From: Mizuhopecten yessoensis
Taxonomy: Eukaryota
Assembly (NCBI RefSeq): GCF_002113885.1
Contig: NW_018407426.1
Location: forward strand, 1,486,908-1,550,907
Length of the DNA stretch: 64,000 bases
Direction: 5' to 3'
Each line of letters begins with the position of its first letter. Position 1 is the first letter of the stretch. The notes beneath the pieces are model-generated. The model had not been told where the DNA came from and did not search any database. It was given only the letters and a program-made list of their open reading frames with translations. This document shows, one piece after another, positions 12,301 through 24,000 of the stretch. Made by a program: the position numbers and the translations under genes.

Positions 12301-15300
12301 TAGGGGTGAAAGAGTTAAGTACACAGCATGGAATAATGGTAAAAGAATCTAACTGTTGATACAGACATGGATGAAGTCATATTACAAAATAAAACAATGA
12401 CTGACGTAACGTCACAAGGAAATGTTAAACAGTGAGTATACTGACCGGCCGCATGTTTTCTGACCATTCTCCATGACCCTTCTGTAGTTCCTTCACTATA
12501 TGTATGTCCTGCGATATCTTTACAATGTCATTTAATGCAAACAAGTGCACCTGAAAAAATACAGCTTCAAAATGAGTTTGCATTTTAAGAAATGTCACTG
12601 AAGGATAATTAGTATTTGGTTTTCAGTTTTAAATCAAAAGGATTAAAAGAAAATGAATGTGATCAGATATTTTTTAATGCCTAAAGATTTCATAATTCAT
12701 CTGCATGAAAACTTCAATTTTTCTCTTTTGTTCATCCAACTGGATGCATGTTTATCTTATTTTTGTAATAGATCCATTTCTTTAATAAGGATTAAGTCTC
12801 ATGCAGAAAACTTTCAGCAATAATACAGTTTTAATAGTGGTTAAATATAACTGGAATTTTATGCTGCATGAATATGAACCTTTTTATTAAAATATTACCT
12901 CATGAATGCAAAGTTGTATAGAGTAGGTGAACTATCTTTCACCATGATTTCGTTTTACCTTGGTCAGGGCTCCAGCATGGAACGTCCATCGATTACTACA
13001 TCCTTCATACTGTACCCTTACATCCCCGCGGTCTGTGATGCGATGGACTGACCCAACCTTGCCAATGTACTGAAAACAAATCAAATGATGTTACTTCTTC
13101 AAACAAAATAACATTACTCGATTAACTTTAATCAATCAAAACCATAAATCAATATAGTATTAGTATTGTACATAAGTAACCTTTGAGGAATGTACATACA
13201 GACAAAAACTAAACACAAACCCAAGAACTACTTTTTAAAAGCTTTGGAATAGGATCCAATAAGGGGCAGAATTTGTAAACACGCTACCTGTCCCCCTGAC
13301 TGCCTGCAGTATTGAGTGAAATGTCTCTATGATTTTTGACAACTGACTTTGCTGATGCGGCACATGGTGGCTCAGTGAGTTGTTGTCAACTTGACAAAGG
13401 TAACAGACATTTTCGACAGCTCGCATAATAAGGTTTCAATTCCTGTTTGTGTTCAAAACAAACTTATCCTTTACTTTTGAAAGTATTGTTCGATATCCCC
13501 CCCCCCCCCCCCCAATGGTTGGGGGTTAAAACTCGTTTCATAAATCTCATATGAAATTGAAACTCATGTAAGATCCTATACATCTGTTATTATATCGGAA
13601 AAGCTACCAAAATTACAATCTGCAAATGAACATGTCCAACAGACACACAGAATACCCCCATATCATCAGTGGAGTTAAAATACATCCTAACATAATGTAA
13701 ACTTAGCTTCTTTTTGCCTGAACTCATACCTCTGCCATTCGTGGATTCCAGCCACCATGACCTTCCTGCATGGCCTTCAGGATATCTGCTTCTAGGTCAA
13801 CCTTGACCTTGTCCCCGACCTTGAACTGACACTGCACACCTCCTGAGGTCACTATATCTGGGAACTCTCCTGCAGTGTGGAGTTGTGATAATTAAGTTTT
13901 GCAAAAAAATAAACACTCAGCAAAGTTCAAGAAACAAGATAGTAATTTGCAACAAATATGACACATTATAATCAGGACAATAGACACTTTTCAAGATGTT
14001 GGTATCAAAGGAAAAGACCATGGAAACATTATTTTTTTCTCAAAATATTGGCAAAAATGTTAAGAAATCTGATGAAATGTACCTTGAAATAATTCTTGAG
14101 ATATGAGGTTTATTAAAATTGTCCATAATTATAAGCTTTTGTTTTAACCATTAAATGCAACCTTAAAACCCATTGAATAAATTTCAAATGAGGGTTGAGG
14201 AGGACATCGTATTCTGTGATTTCTGCCAGTCTATTAGAGACTGTTATGACACCAATCTACACATACCCAGTACAGGAAGGTGCTCCTTGTAGTAGGATGG
14301 TCCGTTGGCAGCACTGATATATTTCAGGTCTACCTTGCCCTTGTGTCCTACACGGTAAACATTGGTAGATCCGGACGTCCATGTTACGTGGGCTACACTT
14401 CGCCCTGATTCCGAGTCCCATCCTCGTATATCTGTCACCTTGCCTATCTTTCCTTCCCCACCTGTATGGGTGTGATTTATATCAATACATACCATCATGT
14501 TCAACAACTTATGAATGTATCATGTTAAGAAACTTCAATAAGTTAACAGAAGACTGGGATATAATCAGCAACTTCACTTCAAGGTTTACATAGTTTGGCC
14601 CACTAGGTTGGGTCATTATCAGAATACTTTAACAGTTTTTAATAACATTTATAGCTACAACTCTTTAATTTTTCTGGTTACCATCATTCTGACCTGAGAA
14701 ACAAGACCTGTTTTTGGACAAACATATCTTACTTGATATATATATCATGAAACAAATGTTCAGAGTTACAGCATAATTGATAACATCCACAATTTACAGT
14801 TCACCTACAAGAAAAAATTCTCTGTCCATAAGTTTTTGAATTATTTATTATAACGGCAAAAGATATCTAGGACACTAAATATATATGCTTTGTACTGCTC
14901 CCTGCTATACTCTGACAAGGGAAGCTTACCATCCTGGTTAGCCCAATCCCAGTCTGGTCCTCGTAAAACCCTGGCCCCGGGGAAAATTCCCCAGGATTGG
15001 ATTTTATTACTGTTCACACTATCCTTCCTTTTTGGCATTTTCACTCTAAAAATAAATAAAGCATTCATTCTTTTTTTATAACATTCTCAAAACTGGAACC
15101 TATATTATATAGCTAACAGATTGAGTAAATAGGAAATGTTTGTGATCATATAAAAATGCTTCATGTATGTCCATGATGTGTTCTTATATATATGAATAAA
15201 TACATAGAGTAATTTTCTATTTCAGCAAAACAGTTTCATTAAGTTTTAGATACATCTAATGTTCAAAGTCTTAGCAACACCATTTAGGTTTGGAGAGTGA

Positions 15301-16661
15301 ATTTGTTATATTTCACTAAATATTTGTAATAGACAACTTATATATAGGCTCCTACAGAATCGGAAAGCAGTCTTCCATGTTCTCAGCATAAGGGACAATA
15401 TATAGGAGTCAAAATGTGACACCTCTGATTTCCATCTTTTCATTCCTCAAATCTATACTATTGGTGTTTTTTTTAAATATAAACTTTCGTTATTTCAACT
15501 TATATTAATCACTTAAACACTCTTGTTGGTCTAGATGTTAGGGTGGGGTGGGGTGGGGGGTGCGGAGAGAGGGGGGTTGGTGGTCTGATTTTGGGAGGAA
15601 ACCAGAGTACCCGGAGTAAACCCACGTGGTTGGGCAGGTGACCCCATACCTTTAATTTTTCACGTCCGAACCCCGGCCACCTTGGTGAAAGTGCCCTATC
15701 CACTGCTTCACCTGACTACCCACTATTGTTACTATTACTGTCGTTCTGTGTATTCTCCCTTTCCACCAATTGTCATATATGACCTTAATCAAAACAGTGT
15801 AATATCACAAACATATAAACATGTACATACCCTTTTGAAGGAGATGTCTCAAATCTGAGAAAGGAGTGGCCTAGGTCGTGTTTGTCCGACATGTAACACT
15901 CGGTACACAGGTCAAAGTCGTGACACTTGGTGCACTTCCACCGCATTCCCTGGATGCCCTGCTTCTTACAGCCATCACAAATGATGTTCGGATGTTTTAC
16001 ACCTAAAACAACACATTTTATATACATGGTTACATGTCAACAGCAATACAGTTAACAAATTATTGTAGAATCTTTTTAATTTAAACACTTATATTTAACT
16101 TTCCAGAAAATACATATATTCAAACTGGTTACAACCCTAGCACCAGGTATGAAACCCCTTGCTATAATCAAGCCTGGGTTCTCAAGCACTTAACTTTCTA
16201 CACTTCACAAATAATTGAAAAAATTTCAGAGATTATGCTTGATAATTGCAAAAGATACAAAATAACATGTATATTCATCCACAAGAAAATCAATAGTGAT
16301 AAGCTTAGTGAAACAAGGAAATAGATGAGAATTTTATTTTGTTGATGTATTTTACATCTGCGAGTAAGAACAAGATAGCTAAATCATGACTGAATCGAAA
16401 TGTGATCTGTGATAATAATAAAAGTTATATTCACAAACCTGTGGGTGCATTGTCCAGAACTCGAAGGTCATAGGCGCCCTGATAACCCACTCGATAATTG
16501 GTGCGAGCTCCAGAATCCCACTGAACTACAACAGTTTTATCTGGCGAAGTGGAACTGCTCGGCTTGCCTATTTCCACCACTGTGCCAACGTGACCCTCTC
16601 CGTCATCTTGGTTACCCCATTTCCAGTCTGGGCCACGGACCGCCCGTAACCCCACCTCCAT
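92..16661 (-). CDS. MIB2: E3 ubiquitin ligase mind bomb 2-like, 17 coding exons, 924 aa (whole coding span)
   Basis: Exons join with consistent phases (sum 2775 nt). Starts [19 protein letters not shown] (Mib/Herc2), then ZZ finger, second Mib/Herc2, two REP repeats (GHGGWN, GHGEWS), ankyrin repeats and two C-terminal RINGs. Two RINGs fits MIB2; MIB1 has three. Confidence 0.93.
920..1082. repeat. 36-bp tandem repeat, about 4.5 copies
   Basis: ATAGGT recurs at 929, 965, 1001, 1073. Confidence 0.8.
1297..1480. repeat. about 46-bp tandem repeat x4
   Basis: CTTTGGG at 1312, 1358, 1404, 1452. Confidence 0.8.
2076..2166. mobile_element. TTAA-flanked piggyBac-like MITE, subfamily A
   Basis: TTAA CCCTTTCACC...GGTGAAAGGG TTAA; 83 bp between TTAAs. 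Confidence 0.85.
2291..2478 (-). CDS. MIB2: MIB2 exon 16 (RING1)
   Basis: CVVC...[11 protein letters not shown]...CLTC. Confidence 0.92.
2877..3086. mobile_element. degenerate TIR element (TACTGTAGAATCAT...ATGATTTTAAAGTA)
   Basis: Imperfect terminal inverted repeats with TA ends; internal TTTCGTGG/CCACAAAA motifs. Confidence 0.55.
3341..3516 (-). CDS. MIB2: MIB2 exon 15
   Basis: IRHQLG...[11 protein letters not shown]...NHQGKTPMD. Confidence 0.88.
4350..4559 (-). CDS. MIB2: MIB2 exon 14 (ankyrin)
   Basis: [24 protein letters not shown]...[12 protein letters not shown]. Confidence 0.92.
4814..4940 (-). CDS. MIB2: MIB2 exon 13 (ankyrin)
   Basis: [32 protein letters not shown]. Confidence 0.92.
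5761..5915 (-). CDS. MIB2: MIB2 exon 12 (ankyrin)
   Basis: [15 protein letters not shown]...[16 protein letters not shown]. Confidence 0.92.
5963..6378 (-). mobile_element. miniature non-autonomous LTR retrotransposon (TRIM) with tRNA-like sequence in both LTRs
   Basis: LTRs 5963-6113 and 6229-6378 (TG..CA); TSD CATG on both sides; minus-strand PBS TGGTGCCCACATAGGGAC from 6227; PPT GGAGGGGGAG 6125-6116. Confidence 0.85.
6674..6764. mobile_element. TTAA MITE subfamily A (inverted relative to 2076)
   Basis: Same TIRs and interior, 83 bp. Confidence 0.85.
6967..7057. mobile_element. TTAA MITE subfamily B
   Basis: TTAA CTCATTCACCCCTGAA...TTCAGGGGTGAATGAG TTAA, 83 bp. Confidence 0.85.
7172..7268. 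repeat. 33-bp tandem repeat x3
   Basis: TTGAATTCCCTGATCTATAACTCACAATGGCGA at 7172, 7205, 7238. Confidence 0.9.
7332..7491 (-). CDS. MIB2: MIB2 exon 11 (ankyrin)
   Basis: [10 protein letters not shown]...[13 protein letters not shown]...CNVNIQ. Confidence 0.92.
7840..7988 (-). CDS. MIB2: MIB2 exon 10 (ankyrin)
   Basis: [19 protein letters not shown]...[13 protein letters not shown]. Confidence 0.92.
8440..9051 (-). repeat. 45/48/67-bp tandem array built from the MIB2 exon 9 end plus its splice donor
   Basis: ACCTTGTCAGGA at 8485, 8533, 8581, 8671, 8716, 8761, 8806, 8873, 8918, 8963 and 9030 (real donor). Confidence 0.92.
9032..9165 (-). CDS. MIB2: MIB2 exon 9 (first ankyrin)
   Basis: SLTSLLEQ...[23 protein letters not shown]|GTAAGC. 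Confidence 0.9.
9765..9942 (-). CDS. MIB2: MIB2 exon 8
   Basis: [34 protein letters not shown]... Confidence 0.88.
10310..11915. repeat. 71-bp satellite, about 22 copies
   Basis: Near-identical units in the core, diverged edges; explains the three long repetitive ORFs. Confidence 0.97.
11916..12005. mobile_element. TTAA MITE subfamily A
   Basis: Matches 6674 copy; 82 bp. Confidence 0.8.
12228..12318. mobile_element. TTAA MITE subfamily A
   Basis: Matches 6674 copy; left end degraded. Confidence 0.8.
12446..12550 (-). CDS. MIB2: MIB2 exon 7 (REP2)
   Basis: [35 protein letters not shown]. Confidence 0.9.
12959..13069 (-). CDS. MIB2: MIB2 exon 6
   Basis: [37 protein letters not shown]. Confidence 0.9.
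13730..13869 (-). CDS. MIB2: MIB2 exon 5 (REP1)
   Basis: [32 protein letters not shown]; not in ORF track, read manually. Confidence 0.9.
14267..14461 (-). CDS. MIB2: MIB2 exon 4 (second Mib/Herc2)
   Basis: GGEGKIGKV...[12 protein letters not shown]...EHLPVL. Confidence 0.92.
14930..15045 (-). CDS. MIB2: MIB2 exon 3
   Basis: VKMPKR...[20 protein letters not shown]; donor G|GTAAGC. Confidence 0.92.
15480..15722 (-). mobile_element. tRNA-derived SINE with V-domain-like core
   Basis: Minus strand GTGGGTTTACTCCGGGTACTCTGGTTTCCTCCCA and B-box GGTTCGGAC; homologous to the 43.1-kb copy. Confidence 0.7.
15831..16002 (-). CDS. MIB2: MIB2 exon 2 (ZZ zinc finger)
   Basis: [12 protein letters not shown]...[14 protein letters not shown]; AG/GT bounded. 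Confidence 0.93.
16439..16661 (-). CDS. MIB2: MIB2 coding exon 1 (Mib/Herc2 domain)
   Basis: ATG 16661 preceded by acceptor ttttctttccaag|gct; ends AG|GTTTGT, phase 1. Confidence 0.93.
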
Positions 16662-18136
16662 AGCCTTGGAAAGAAAATTGAAAATCAGTCAATGTATCAA
16701 TGCATTAGTGTTGCAAAATACTTCATATTAATTTATAATTCCGAAAAAAACCATATTAATTTTGGAGAAATGTTTTAGTTATCTTTCTTAATGCTAAATG
16801 TTTTGAGCAAAGGAGACAAATTTAGAATCTAATTACAATAAAATATGTGGAGAAGTAAGTAGGTTAGATATGCTAGTAATAAACATTTGAAGGTGTGGAT
16901 TTACTGCAGAAAATAATTTGATTAAGCATGGTTGAGTAGGTGATAAAATGGAAACAGAGATAAGTATAGTTGGTTCTGTGAAAAAAAATCAATGAAATTT
17001 GTCTGCATGGCATTTGTTTTATATGTAAATGTATGTTTATCAAGCTGTCAACTCAGCTGGTATTTATATGTTGATCTTATACAAATTTAAATATTATCAA
17101 CTTATATTCTCTTTTCTTTGTATTGCAATAATTTCTAAAGGTTTTTTTCAGCTAGTCCCAGAAACACAGCTAACTTTGATAAAAGAACAGATTAAGTTCA
17201 ACTTGGAAAATAATTTGGACCTTGATATATATACCTGCCACGAACTCCAACTTAGATAAGATATATATATATGCCTACCAATACAAACTCCTTCTCTGCT
17301 TCCATTTATCAAGTCTGTCTCCCCCAACCCCCGACATTGGACATTTATCAGTGCTAGGCCTACTGTGTGCATTTGTATTACTTTCACATTTATTTGGATT
17401 ATACCAATTAAACTATAAACCAAATAACAATTATATGTCACATATCATATACAATGCCTCCAGTAAAGATCTATACCTTTATAATGTTTCACTCTTATGA
17501 GTTGTGCTGCATGAAGAACAAGAATGATCAAAAGTTTTGTATTCAGAGGAGTTTAAAATTTGCTAACTTAACCTAATTCACTTTGTAGTGTTAGGCTCTT
17601 TAAACTATTGTTGTTGATCTTGGCACAATATCTGGTTAACAATTACTTTTCCACATCAAATTGATAGATGTACACATGTATAGAACATACATAGTACAGT
17701 TGGTACAAAATCTTTTTGGAGTAGCCACTGCTTCAGAAAAAAATAATAGTAGCAGTAGGTTTCCTTGACATAAGGCGGACAAATTACAGGCGTTTTCCTT
17801 CCCCTCCCCCCTTCAAGCCCCAAAATTAAACCATTTTGCCCCATTTTTGTTCAGATTGCCCCAATTTACAGTTCATTTTGCCTCATGTTTGACAACCATA
17901 TCGCCCAAAAATTTCTTTTTTGACCAAAAATCTAAATACATATATGTCGCCTCAAGAGCTAGCAAACAATATACTAAAACTGGTGGTAACTCATGTATTT
18001 TCAGAACTGGTATTATTTCCTTTTTATTACAAATACCCATGTTTGTGTATTAAATTACAGTCTCATTAAGTTTATATCTAAAGGATAAAGAATGAGACAT
18101 TCAGTCTGCTCTTTTGAAAGTGGTGCACTTATTACC

Positions 18137-18251
18137 TAGTCCGAATTATTTTGACGTTTTATCGACTTCTTTTTATATAGGTCTGGCGTCGTTAATCAAC
18201 ACCAGACCTATATAAAAAGAAGTTGATAAAACGTCAGAATAATTCGGACTA
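18137..18251. mobile_element. 115-bp foldback MITE with 10-bp TSD
   Basis: 55-bp arms, 5-nt loop; ACTTATTACC at 18127-18136 and 18252-18261. Confidence 0.88.
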
Positions 18252-19271
18252 ACTTATTACCTTGCTGTTCAGTTGACTAGCAAGTTCCTCTGCATAATCA
18301 AATATTCCATGAATATTAAAATCTGTTCTTAAAATATCAGCATTTAAAGATATGAAACAATATTAGCAAAGTCAGTATTCTTACAGCACAGGTGTTTTTT
18401 TAACAACAAGTCTCTATATCTAAAAGTAAACTACCTCAATAAAACTTTGCTAAATGGTCTATTATAGTTAATCAGGTTTGGAATTTAGGGTTCAGGATTT
18501 TTTTTTTAACCTTTCTATATGTTCTGAATATGTTAACTGAGTTTTGTGTTACTAAGTCCACAGGTCAATAAACCAATCAGTATGATTGATGACTGAATGT
18601 GTGACACAAAAAATCAAAATGAAACGTTTTTGTTTATGTAATTATGCAACTTGCAGAAACATCTTAAAACGAACATTATTTTTTTAACTATATGCTGATT
18701 AAAACGTTTAAATGGGGAAAATGAAAAGTTAAAACATTCAACAAATCAACTTTTTGAATATAGCATCCAAAAACACTATTGAACGGTAAACTAACTCACA
18801 GGATATTAAAATTGAACAACAGATTGTGAGGGAAAATCAAATGCCCAGATCACAAAATAGATTACATGCCACTCAAAAAATGCATTGATTTTTGGGTGAT
18901 ATATGTTTTTTTGGGGAAAATAGTTTTTTTGATACATATGCAGCGTTATGGTTTCGAGTGTGTCTTGCTGTATAGAGTGCCATAGCTATATATAGGTAGT
19001 ACACCCAGCTGACAGTCCTGTAGTGTAAATAAACTTTTAATAGCTTTTAACATGCTCGAATACCATATAGTGAAAATTCACCTGCGGACTCATCAGATTG
19101 AAGTTCTCAGGGTGCTCCAAGACTGGAAGGAAATTCTATCAACAGAACAGAACAGTATGGCGAAATTGTTTGGGTAATATGAATCAATTTTGGGACGTAA
19201 CAGCTTGAGGCATTACAGTTTTGGGGGTGAAACATTTTACACTAAGATGGACCTTATAACCTCACACTAAC

Positions 19272-19438
19272 CACAGGGGCACGGTTCAATCTATATCTGA
19301 GGCTGCCTTGTTTACCATATATATATACATAATAATGTTAATAGTTATGATTAACAAGGAGGCCTCGGATATAAATTGATAAATTGAACTGTGCCCCAAC
19401 TGAAATAAAGCCTTTACTTCAGTTGGGGCACAGGGGCA
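19272..19438. repeat. compound inverted repeat
   Basis: GGGGCACGGTTCAAT...ATTGAACTGTGCCCC, overlapping GTGCCCCAACTGAA...TTCAGTTGGGGCAC. Confidence 0.75.
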
Positions 19439-20058
19439 TGAACGAAGAGTGACTAAAGGCTATCAACATTTAAAAGAAAGTCATGTTATCTACTTCAGGA
19501 CATAAAAGTAATCTGACAATGAATGAGTCCCAACTTTCTAAACATAAGTTTCATTTTGAAGTTTTACACATTATTAAACATCCTCATTTATACTTGACAT
19601 AAAATAATCTGTATTGCGTTTCATTTTTATGTGTATTCTATGATAATAAAAAAAAATCATTTGTTTGATAACATTGATATGAAACATTCTAAGAAATCAA
19701 ACATTTCTTTTTGCCCAATTCTTCCAAAAAAAATCTGTGTAGTATTGATCACTGGACCGAAAATGAAAATGCCCATCCATTTCTGGTATAATGGTAAATA
19801 ATGTTCGTGGGAAATCCTATTTATCTATAAGAAATGTAGACTAATTAGTCCAGCATATGAAAAATATGATCGCAACAAGGCTGAATAAATTTACAAAAAC
19901 AACATCCCGGAAAATCCGACACAAAATATCTGACAAGAAATGACAGACAACGGTGAACCCCTTCCATAAGGTCAAACCAATATTGCAATAAACTCGTTTC
20001 AGTCGTTCTAGGAGAGTTGTAAATAAACTATGCTATATCAACAGTGTACAACATATAC

Positions 20059-20160
20059 CTGTGAGGTTACAACAATGCGACTCCTTCGTCAAAGATCCCG
20101 TATTTCTCAAAACAGGACAGAAATCTTTCGCCAAATAAAATCTTGATATTCCAACCGGAA
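20059..20160 (-). other. MIB2: putative non-coding first exon of MIB2
   Basis: The ATG exon begins at an acceptor 3 nt upstream of the ATG, so an upstream exon is required. Donor CAG|GTATAT at 20059/20058 lies next to an ETS motif. A second candidate donor GCAG|GTGAAT is at about 19082. The 5' end is a guess. Confidence 0.45.
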
Positions 20161-20830
20161 GTAGAATAGGTATTTGCACCGAGAGACTATTCACTCATTT
20201 TATTTGCCAATATAAAATGTAAACAAAACAGTTAATCACATTTATCTAATTTAAGGATGACAGGATTACTACGTTTTAAGGAAATATATTCTTAAACAAA
20301 ATGTTACAAATTTTTTTTTTTCTCTGTCTGATATTTCTTTATAGGAACGGGCAATCTGAAAGGATTGTTTATCGCTGTTCCATTTTGTTGGTTGTCACCC
20401 CCTATATCATAATAGAAGTTATAACCACAATACGTTCATATCAAAATTTAATGCATGATTTAGCAACGCATTGCAAACAATGTCGACAAATTAGTAATGT
20501 TTGGGCAAAACAATGGTATTTATTGATATATTTTAATTTGTGTATCGATTAGTCATCCCAAATCACAAGCACCTGCTTTACTTCATAAGCAGGACTTGTC
20601 GTCACCGTAGTAAAATATCTTCAAGACATTATTTATCTAGCATGAACGACATTTCTATAATTGATTTTAAAAAGAGATTATATACTGAGTGAAAAAAAGT
20701 CTAAGAGATATTTAAAGCAAAAACTATGATAAAGTTGCATATATTTTCGGAATTCAGATTCTTGCCTCCCGTTAGAGCCTCGGTCTGACATCAGTCTTGG
20801 AACACTGAAAATATTTGGACGCCATCTTGC
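20154..20830. promoter_or_regulatory. putative bidirectional promoter MIB2/dvl with ETS (ACCGGAAGT 20154-20162) and YY1 (CGCCATCTT 20820-20828) motifs
   Basis: Exact consensus motifs between divergently transcribed genes. Confidence 0.5.
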
Positions 20831-20885
20831 AGAAGATAACTGATCATCATTGTGGGATTTTCCGTGGATATCTCCTTCCTTCGGG

Positions 20886-21046
20886 ATGGAGGAGACTAAA
20901 ATAATTTACTACATCGATGATGAGGATACTCCATATTTGATAAAATTACCGATACCTGCCGATCGTGTCACTTTGGGGGATTTCAAGAATGCTTTGAACC
21001 GTCCAAATTATAAATTCTTTTTCAAGTCTGTGGATGACGACTTTGG
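20886..21046 (+). CDS. dvl: dvl exon 1 (DIX)
   Basis: MEETKII...KSVDDDFG|GTAAGT. Confidence 0.95.
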
Positions 21047-24000
21047 GTAAGTGATAAAACGAGACATTGAATTTGATCGACCGATTTTAGTATTTTAACA
21101 CTCTTAGATGTACTATATATTTACGTATAGGTATGTTTTAACGACAACATCGCTGTTGATGTTGCATTGGTACCCTTTGTTCGTGCTGCAGAAGTAGACA
21201 TCGTCGGCAACTTTATTAAGTGCAAGGTCGTTTGAAATCTGTGATACAGTGAAGAAAAAGTGGAATATCACCACAGATGAGTCGGGTTTCCATTGTTGAG
21301 TATCAAAACACGATTTCAAAGAAAGTATGAAGTGTTATTATAATACTGTTTGAACTAAACAAACCATCGGCGTCCCAGTAAACACCCTACGAGGCCCTAC
21401 ATTTGTGTTTATTGTAATGTTTTGAGTGACAGGTGAAAACTGGCGGTGAAAATGTGTGTGTGTTAGGGGGGGGGGGGGGGGGGGGGGGGTGTATCATTAA
21501 ATTATATATCATTAATCAACAATATTGACATGTTATTTCATGACATAAAAGAACACTGACATCGACATTACTATAAACACCTACAGTTTAAGTTATATTT
21601 TGAAGATCATGTTGTAAGGAGATACAGAGAAAGAAAACCTCAGTGTATTTTGTGAAGGGACATTGGAAATAGTTTTGGGGATTATGTCTGCGTGTAGTGT
21701 GTTCAATTCAACAACAGTTTTTGGAAAACATGCCAATACATAGTCCAGAAAGCTTGAGACACCATCTAGTAATTTGTGCTGAGATGGCATTGATCAGTAT
21801 ATAGTGAAATGATTAGTTTGGTTAACGCAAAGTTGTAGATGATAAATGTGACAAAAAAAGAATAAATGTTCCTATTCAAAAAGGAGTGAACACACTGATC
21901 AGACTGCTATGAGATAGTTTGATGTAAATGGATAAGTAATAAATGGAAAGGAAAAGTGTTGAATTGCTTATTTCAATATTGAACTGGATTTTTTGTTGTT
22001 AGAAGTGATGATTAGTAAGAATTCTTCAGGTGATTCCCAAACTGAAATTAGCACATTTTTAATGGAATATTTCTGACAGTGACCCAGCTCTCATGATGCA
22101 CTACAATTTTTATTGTCAGCTCCACAGAATGACAGTTTGATATTGGAATATTTGAATTCATGTTTGAGTTATTGACCAATTCCTGAAGATTTACTATTTG
22201 CGTACTGAACAACACATCACTGTATGCTATATATATATGTCGTCAGTGATAACTGCTACATCACAAGAACCAAGACCCAGTGTACGTTATATTACATAAG
22301 TATGGTTTTCAACTTGAAACAATAAAAATGATGCCAGTATGTTTTAAATTTACAATTTGTATTCTAAAATGAAATTGATGGTGTTGAGTCCCCTTTTCGT
22401 AATAAAAGTTAAAAACAACTTCAGGGTCAGTGCTACTTACGTATGGATAAGTTATTTGTGTGACGGGAAACAAGTAGTTTAGGCCTTGATTGAACATTTA
22501 CATACATTTCTGTTTTTAAGCCCATCATCATCAGATGGTTAGCTATTCAAATCACACTGGTCCGTCGTCTGTTCTTAAACAATTCTTGTTATTATTACTG
22601 AAAAAAAGTCGGCTGTAACTCTTGTTTTTTGTTTATTTGTGAAATGTGATGAATTCATGAATAATTGACTGTTCATGTACTTAATATAGTGAATAAATGC
22701 ATTACATAAATATGTAAATTTTAAAACATGGGACTTGGCTAGATGCCCAGTCATAACAAATCTTTTATGTTTACAAATAAGTAAGGAAAATAATTCATGA
22801 ATGCATGTGATTTTGAAGTCAGATATTGTTGCCAGTCATACCACGTACATGTAACAGATCTTGACTGGACCAATCAGCAATGACCAGCTATAGAGCACAG
22901 TTGGTAGATTGTCTCTCAAAGTGCACAGGTTTCAGGTTCTTTAATTTCTTGATCATCTGTCAAAATCATATGGATGATTAATTTAAGTGATTCTTAAGTC
23001 TTTAAACTGTGTGCATGTTATAAGTTGGTTGTAATATATATATTATTTTTTATTTCCAAAATTTCAAGTTCACCTTATCTTCTAATGGCCTTTTTTTTAT
23101 TTTGCAGTGTTGTTAAAGAAGAAATAATTGATGATGAAACCCGATTACCCTGTTTTAATGGACGAGTAGTATCATGGGTATGTATCTTTAATTGATGATG
23201 AGACCCGATTACCCTGTTTTAATGGACGAGTAGTATCATGGGTATGTATCTTTAATTGAGGTATTAATCTCCTGTTGTAAATATTCTTGTGTTTACCCAG
23301 TGATTTTGGGACACATTCATTTTAAATACAGGACTCGTGCTTTTCCTGTAAGGCTCACTCCTGTCTTCAAAGCCTGGGACTCATCATTACTTTGAAAATG
23401 ATGCTGAGGACTCGAATATAACAAATACTCTTTTCAAATTCAGAAATTGACATGCATTGCAATATGTAAAGATACATATTGGAATGCACATTCTGTGTTA
23501 ACGAACACAACATTAGTTTCAGTTTACAATATATCAAATATTTGTTCATGTTTTATGTAAATTTAATTAGGTTTGCTATTACCATGTAATTTGTGATTGA
23601 AATGGGGGAAAAATGTGAATGTGTGGGTGAGTCAGCATTTCCCTAGCAGGAGTAGTTGTGTCTAGATCATATGTATACACATGGTTAGTATATATTGTCT
23701 AGGCCTGTTCTAGTGTAGTATTTCATCCAGCTAGTTCTTAACAGTATGCCAGATTCTGTTTTTAAAATATCCCAGATTCTGTTTTTAAAATATCCCTATT
23801 ACTGCAGAAGCTACAAAATTGCAACAGTTGATTTTTTTCCCATATTAATATGCGCATGATTGCACCAACTGCGGATTTAGGGCTAGTTACATAATATTTG
23901 ACATTCCAGAATGTATAAGAGGTGTTCTGGGTTTCTCTACACTGCTAAACATTTCTTTTTCCAATAATCTGGATAGAAAACTGTACCCTATTTCTTGGAT

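Noticed and set aside
92-16661. Assignment as MIB1
   Set aside because: Only two RING fingers are found in a phase-complete model.
21466-21489. Long G homopolymers (also about 13497, 30570, 51953, 54712) as G-quadruplex elements
   Set aside because: Simple homopolymers with unreliable length; no evidence of function.
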